Of a DNA stretch of 64,000 bases, positions 59,330 through 64,000 are shown one piece after another. The notes below the pieces were generated by a model. That model was not told where the DNA came from, made no database searches, and saw only the letters and a program-made list of their open reading frames with translations. Origin of the DNA: Sphingomonadales bacterium UBA6171. Lineage in GTDB: Bacteria > Pseudomonadota > Alphaproteobacteria > Sphingomonadales > Sphingomonadaceae. The first letter of the stretch is position 1; each line of letters opens with the position of its first letter. Position numbers and translations under genes: made by a program. The DNA is taken from positions 15,858 through 79,857 of the forward strand of contig DITZ01000048.1 in assembly GCA_002422985.1 (NCBI GenBank), written 5' to 3'.

Positions 59330-60585
59330 TGGCGACCGAAGCACCAGAAGCGCCCGAAACCCTGGCAGACGCCGGCGCGCCCATCCTGATGGTGCTCGAT
59401 CCCATGGATTGCGCCGAGCCGAAGCCGGAGCCGGAGCCTGCGCCGCATCTGAATGTGCTGGTGTTGCAGGGCGGCGGCGCGCTGGGTGCCTATCATCTGG
59501 GCGTGTGCGAGGAACTGGCGACCATGGGCGTCATGCCCGATTGGGTGTGCGGCATTTCCATCGGCGCGGTCAACGCCGCGCTGCTGGCCGGCAACCCGGA
59601 GGGCAAAAGGCTGGCGGCGCTCCGCACTTTCTGGGAGCGGGTGTCTTCGGCGCTGGACCCCGGCTTTGCCATTCCCGACGGCACGGCGCGCGACCTCTGG
59701 TCAGAGGGTGCCGCATTCTGGATTGCGACCATGGGTGTGCCGGGCTTTTTCGTTCCGCGCTTCCCGCCGGCCAAGCTGCAACCGCATGGCACCCTGGGCG
59801 CGATCAGCTATTATGACACCGAGCCGCTGCGCCAGACGCTGCACGAACTGGTGGACTGGGACCTGCTGAACGATGGCCCCACCCGCCTGTCGGTGGGTGC
59901 GGTCAGCGTCACCACCGGGCGCATGCATTTCTTCGACAGCAAGGGCGGGCCGGATCAGTGCCGCATCACGGCCGACCATGTGATGTCGTCCGGCGCGCTG
60001 CCGCCGGGATTCCCGCCGGTGAAGATCGGCGAGGACTGGTATTGGGATGGCGGCATTGCCTCCAACGCGCCGTTGCAGCATGTGCTGGATGAAGGCAGCG
60101 AGTTTGACAAGAATATCTTCCAGGTGGACCTGTTCCCGGCGAAAGGCCCTTTCCCGCAGACGCTGATGGATGCCGACATCCGCGCGCAGGACATCCGCTA
60201 TTCCAGCCGCACCCGGCTCAACACCAATCTGGAAATGGGCCTGTCGCCGGTTCGCATGGTGGTGCGCCGCGTGCTGGACAGCTGCCACCCCGATCTCGAC
60301 GCGCTGAGCGAGGAGGAGCTGGATGTGCTGCGCGGATTCGCCCACGAACAGCATGTCGAGATTGCGCAGATCATCTATCGCGACAAGGCCTATGCCGGAA
60401 TGGCGCGCGGTTATGAATTCTCCCGCCCCACGATGGAAGCGCACCGCGCCGCCGGCCGGCGCGATGCCGGCAAGGCGCTGGCGATCCGCGACTGGACCCT
60501 GCGCCCGGCGCTGGTCGGCGTGCACAGCACCGATGCGGGCGCACCCGACGGCGCGATTCATCAAAAGCCGAAGCCGAAGCGTTAG
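59329..60585 (+). CDS. Patatin-like phospholipase
   Basis: LQGGGALGAY, GISIG, WDGG. Confidence 0.92.
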   Translation: MATEAPEAPETLADAGAPILMVLDPMDCAEPKPEPEPAPHLNVLVLQGGGALGAYHLGVCEELATMGVMPDWVCGISIGAVNAALLAGNPEGKRLAALRTFWERVSSALDPGFAIPDGTARDLWSEGAAFWIATMGVPGFFVPRFPPAKLQPHGTLGAISYYDTEPLRQTLHELVDWDLLNDGPTRLSVGAVSVTTGRMHFFDSKGGPDQCRITADHVMSSGALPPGFPPVKIGEDWYWDGGIASNAPLQHVLDEGSEFDKNIFQVDLFPAKGPFPQTLMDADIRAQDIRYSSRTRLNTNLEMGLSPVRMVVRRVLDSCHPDLDALSEEELDVLRGFAHEQHVEIAQIIYRDKAYAGMARGYEFSRPTMEAHRAAGRRDAGKALAIRDWTLRPALVGVHSTDAGAPDGAIHQKPKPKR

Positions 60586-60662
60586 CGCGCTTTCCCTGGC
60601 GGGCAAGATCGCGCCGCGCCGCCCCCGGACGGCGGGATCGGATTGCGGCAAAGCCGACCGTC

Positions 60663-61559
60663 TCAGCCGCCGAATCGCAGCCTGACGCTTAGAGCCAGCA
60701 GTTTCAGGTCTGTCGGTGCCAGTGCGCGGGCGGCGCGGTTGAACTCCAGCGCCTTGGCCCGGTTGCCCATGCGGCGGTTGCCGCCCGAAAGCCGGGTATA
60801 ATGGGCGAGCAGCGCGGCCGGATGCTGCTGCATCAGCGCCTTGTGCTTTTGCAGCACATGCTCCCAGCTTTGCACGCGCTTCTTCTCGTCCTTCGTGATG
60901 GAATTGGCGGAAAAGCGCTGGATGACCAGCGGTTCGTCGATGAACTGGAAGCGGCCGGCCTGCGCCAGACGGATGCCCAGATCCCAGTCCACCAGCGATT
61001 TCAGGCCCTCGTCGAACAGGCCCACGGCTTCCAGCACCGATTTGCGGGCGACCAGCGTCTGGGTGGAGACGGGGTTGGTCACCAGCAGGGTTTCCAGAAT
61101 CTGCCCGTCCAGCAGCCGCAAACCGGCGTCGGGACAATAGCGCACGCCGGCGCGCGGCCGTTCGGCGCCCGGCTCATCCAGGATGAGAAAGCCGCAATAG
61201 CTGGCGATGACATCGTCGGGCGCACCCAGCAGCCGTGCCATCTGCTTTTCCAGCTTGGTTGGCAGCCACTCGTCGTCGCTGTCCTGAAAGGCGATCCATG
61301 AGCCTTTTGCCGCCCCTATCCCGGCATTGCGGGCGGCCGAGATGCCGCCGTTGCGCGCGCTTTCAATCAGGCGGAAGCGCGGATCGCTGATCGTGCGGGC
61401 GGCGGCAACCGTGCCGTCTGTGGAGGCGTCGTCCACCACGATGACCTCGATATCGGTCCAGCTCTGGCGCAGCACGCTTTCCACCGCGGCGACAATGCTG
61501 CTTTCGCGGTTGAAAGCCGGTATCACGATTGAAACCAGCGTTTCCATGCTGTCGCCCAT
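60663..61559 (-). CDS. Glycosyltransferase family 2
   Basis: VSIVIPAFNR, VVDDASTD, SAARNAG, FQDSDD. Confidence 0.93.
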   Translation of the reverse strand: MGDSMETLVSIVIPAFNRESSIVAAVESVLRQSWTDIEVIVVDDASTDGTVAAARTISDPRFRLIESARNGGISAARNAGIGAAKGSWIAFQDSDDEWLPTKLEKQMARLLGAPDDVIASYCGFLILDEPGAERPRAGVRYCPDAGLRLLDGQILETLLVTNPVSTQTLVARKSVLEAVGLFDEGLKSLVDWDLGIRLAQAGRFQFIDEPLVIQRFSANSITKDEKKRVQSWEHVLQKHKALMQQHPAALLAHYTRLSGGNRRMGNRAKALEFNRAARALAPTDLKLLALSVRLRFGG

Positions 61560-61590
61560 CAATGCCCCCTTGGCCGCTGGCCCGCCCCGG

Positions 61591-63222
61591 TCAATCCAGG
61601 GTCGGATAGAGAATCGTATCGCGCGGCGGATTCGTCTGTTCGGGATAGTCGGTCGTGTAGTGAAGGCCACGCGATTCCTTGCGCGCGCGCGCCGACCGCA
61701 CGATAAGGTCCGCCACTTCGACCAGATTCCGCAGCTCCAGCAGATCGGGCGTCACGCGGAAATTACCATAATAATCAGCGATTTCCTGCCGCAGCAGCGC
61801 CACACGATGCGCGGCGCGCTCCAGCCGCCGGTCGGTGCGGACGATGCCGACATAATCCCACATGAAGCGGCGCAGCTCGTCCCAGTTATGCGCCACCACC
61901 ACCTCTTCGTCAGACGAGGTGACGCGGCTTTCATCCCATTTGCGGATGGGAACGGGCGGCGGTGTAACGGGCAGGCGGGCGAGGATGTCGTCGGCCGCCG
62001 ACGCGCCGAACACCAGACATTCCAGCAGGCTGTTGGAAGCGAGCCGGTTGGCGCCGTGCAGGCCCGACTGGCTGACCTCGCCCACGGCATAAAGGCCGGC
62101 GAGATCGGTGCGGCCATGCAGATCGACCAGCACGCCGCCGCAGCTGTAATGCGCGGCGGGCACCACGGGGATGGGCTGGGTGACGGGGTCTATCCCCAGC
62201 TCGCGCAGCCGCTTCACGATGGTGGGGAAATGTTCCTCCACAAAGCCGGCGGGCTTGTGCGTCATGTCCAGCAGCACATGCGCCAGACCGAGCCGCTTCA
62301 TCTCTGCATCGATGGCGCGGGCCACCACGTCGCGCGGGGCCAGTTCAAGGCGCTGGTCATAGGAGGCCATGAAGGCCGTGCCCGGCTGGTCTGCGGCATC
62401 CGCCGCGGGCGGCAGCCTTAGGATCCCCCCCTCGCCGCGCATGGCCTCGGTAATCAGGAAATTCTTGACCTGCGGGTGATAGAGGCATGTGGGGTGGAAC
62501 TGGTTGAATTCCATGTTGGAAACACGGCAGCCCGCGCGCCAGGCCATGGCGATGCCGTCTCCGGTGGACCCATCCGGGTTGGTGGAGAAGCGATAGACCC
62601 GCGACGCGCCACCGGTGGCCAGCACCACCGCCTTCGCCAGGATGCGCCGCACCCGGCCGCTCCGGCGGTCCAGCGCATAAAGGCCGAGCGCGCGGCGTTC
62701 GGCAAAGCCATGGCCTTCCGCGTGCCGCTCGGTGATGATGTCGATGGCGACATGGTCCGGCAGGAAACGGATGCCGGGCGTGGCGATCGCCGCTTTCTCC
62801 AGCGCCTTCTGCACCGCCCAGCCGGTCGCGTCATCCACATGCACGATGCGGCGCGCACTATGCCCGCCCTCCCGCGTCAGATGCCAGCGTTCAGAGACGG
62901 TTTCGCCCGGATTGAAGGGCACGCCAAGCGCGGCCAGCCGCTCGATCGCCGCAGCGGCATGTTCCACGACATATTCAACCGCGCGGCGATCATTCAGCCC
63001 GGCGCCGGCCACCATCGTGTCCTCGATATGGGATTCAAACGTGTCGCCCTCGTCCAGCACGGCGGCGATGCCGCCCTGCGCCCAGCTGGTGGAGCCGGCG
63101 GAAATATCCGCCTTGGACAGCAGCAGCACCTTCGCGCCGGCCGCCAGATTGAGCGCGGTGGTCAGCCCCGCCGCCCCCGAACCGACGACGATGACATCGG
63201 CTTCGATCGGCCCGACCGTCAT
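61591..63222 (-). CDS. nadB: L-aspartate oxidase
   Basis: WAQGGIAAV, REGGHSARRIVH, QFHPT, ITEAMRGEG, PAAHYSCGG, LHGANRLASNSLLEC. Confidence 0.97.
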   Translation of the reverse strand: MTVGPIEADVIVVGSGAAGLTTALNLAAGAKVLLLSKADISAGSTSWAQGGIAAVLDEGDTFESHIEDTMVAGAGLNDRRAVEYVVEHAAAAIERLAALGVPFNPGETVSERWHLTREGGHSARRIVHVDDATGWAVQKALEKAAIATPGIRFLPDHVAIDIITERHAEGHGFAERRALGLYALDRRSGRVRRILAKAVVLATGGASRVYRFSTNPDGSTGDGIAMAWRAGCRVSNMEFNQFHPTCLYHPQVKNFLITEAMRGEGGILRLPPAADAADQPGTAFMASYDQRLELAPRDVVARAIDAEMKRLGLAHVLLDMTHKPAGFVEEHFPTIVKRLRELGIDPVTQPIPVVPAAHYSCGGVLVDLHGRTDLAGLYAVGEVSQSGLHGANRLASNSLLECLVFGASAADDILARLPVTPPPVPIRKWDESRVTSSDEEVVVAHNWDELRRFMWDYVGIVRTDRRLERAAHRVALLRQEIADYYGNFRVTPDLLELRNLVEVADLIVRSARARKESRGLHYTTDYPEQTNPPRDTILYPTLD

Positions 63223-63232
63223 CCGCCCGCCC

Positions 63233-64000
63233 TCATCTGCCGGCCCGCGCGGCCGTCAACTCCAGAAACACATCTTCCAGATCCGCTTCGCGCGTGGAGA
63301 CGTCCACGATGGCAAGGCCCGCCGCCGTGATCTGCGCCAGCACGGTGCCGGCATGCACCAGCCCCTTGTCATACAGGATATCCAGCCGGTTGCCGGAGAG
63401 GAGTTCGGTGCGGGTCGCGCCGGTGATGGCGGGCGCCACGCTGATCGGCTGCTCCAGCGTGACAACCACGCGCTTATCGCGCGCCTGCGCCAGCAGCGTG
63501 CCCTTGTCGGTGTCCGCCACGATGCGGCCATGGTTCACGATGGCGATGCGGTCGCACAATTCCTCGGCTTCTTCCAGATAATGGGTTGTCAGCACAACGG
63601 TCGTGCCCTCGGCATGCAGCTCGCGCACATATTCCCACAGCATCTGCCGAAGCTCGATATCAACACCGGCGGTCGGCTCGTCGAGGATGATGATGGGCGG
63701 GCTGTGCACCAATGCCTTGGCGATCAGCAGCCGGCGCTTCATGCCGCCCGAGAGCGTGCGGGCATAGACATGCGCCTTGTCGTCCAGCCGCACCTTTTTC
63801 AGCAATTCCATGGAGCGGCGCTTGCGCGGTGGCACGCCGAACAGGCCGGCCTGCATTTCCAGCGTTTCAAACGGGGTAAAAAAGGCGTCAAACAGCAGTT
63901 CCTGCGGCACAACGCCCAGCGATGCCTTGGCGTTGCGCGGATGGACGTCGATGTCGAAGCCCCACACTTCCGCGCGGCCGGCGCTTTTGTTCACCAGCCC
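63233..64000 (-). CDS. ABC transporter ATP-binding protein, 3' part (start outside the window)
   Basis: LSGGMKRR signature, ILDEPTAG Walker B, LTTHYLEEAE. Confidence 0.92.
   Translation of the reverse strand, partial: GLVNKSAGRAEVWGFDIDVHPRNAKASLGVVPQELLFDAFFTPFETLEMQAGLFGVPPRKRRSMELLKKVRLDDKAHVYARTLSGGMKRRLLIAKALVHSPPIIILDEPTAGVDIELRQMLWEYVRELHAEGTTVVLTTHYLEEAEELCDRIAIVNHGRIVADTDKGTLLAQARDKRVVVTLEQPISVAPAITGATRTELLSGNRLDILYDKGLVHAGTVLAQITAAGLAIVDVSTREADLEDVFLELTAARAGR

Overview
GC-rich alphaproteobacterial chromosome segment, most likely Sphingomonadales (inferred from gene order, a PEPxxWA-CTERM protein and TonB receptors). Both ends are housekeeping DNA. The left end carries miaB (partial), an acyltransferase, fur, mucR, rimI, tsaB, a nitroreductase, nifU and usp. 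The right end carries an MFS transporter, marR-emrAB, thrS, a TIGR01244-type protein, patatin, a GT2, nadB and an ABC ATPase (partial). Between about 7.0 and 51.8 kb lies an accessory mosaic of five modules. (1) A hydrolase/PaaI operon whose divergent MarR gene is broken by a 16-bp duplication. (2) A PEP-CTERM / ECF sigma / membrane Ser-Thr kinase module whose kinase lacks the activation segment. (3) A GntR - Tat hydrolase - TonB receptor / serine hydrolase unit with two copies of one palindromic operator. (4) A catabolic block with acyl-CoA dehydrogenase pairs, an OYE, a P450, a KstD-like flavoprotein, an SDR, a CoA ligase, a TonB receptor, a Rieske oxygenase, a lipoyl-domain remnant missing from the ORF track, a BbsAB-like OB-fold/thiolase pair and TetR. 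(5) After an IS630 relic, a CYP153-ferredoxin cluster linked to an Ltp2/DUF35-like pair. I saw no rRNA, tRNA, CRISPR array, integrase or intact transposase. All family calls come from motif recognition by eye; no database searches were run.
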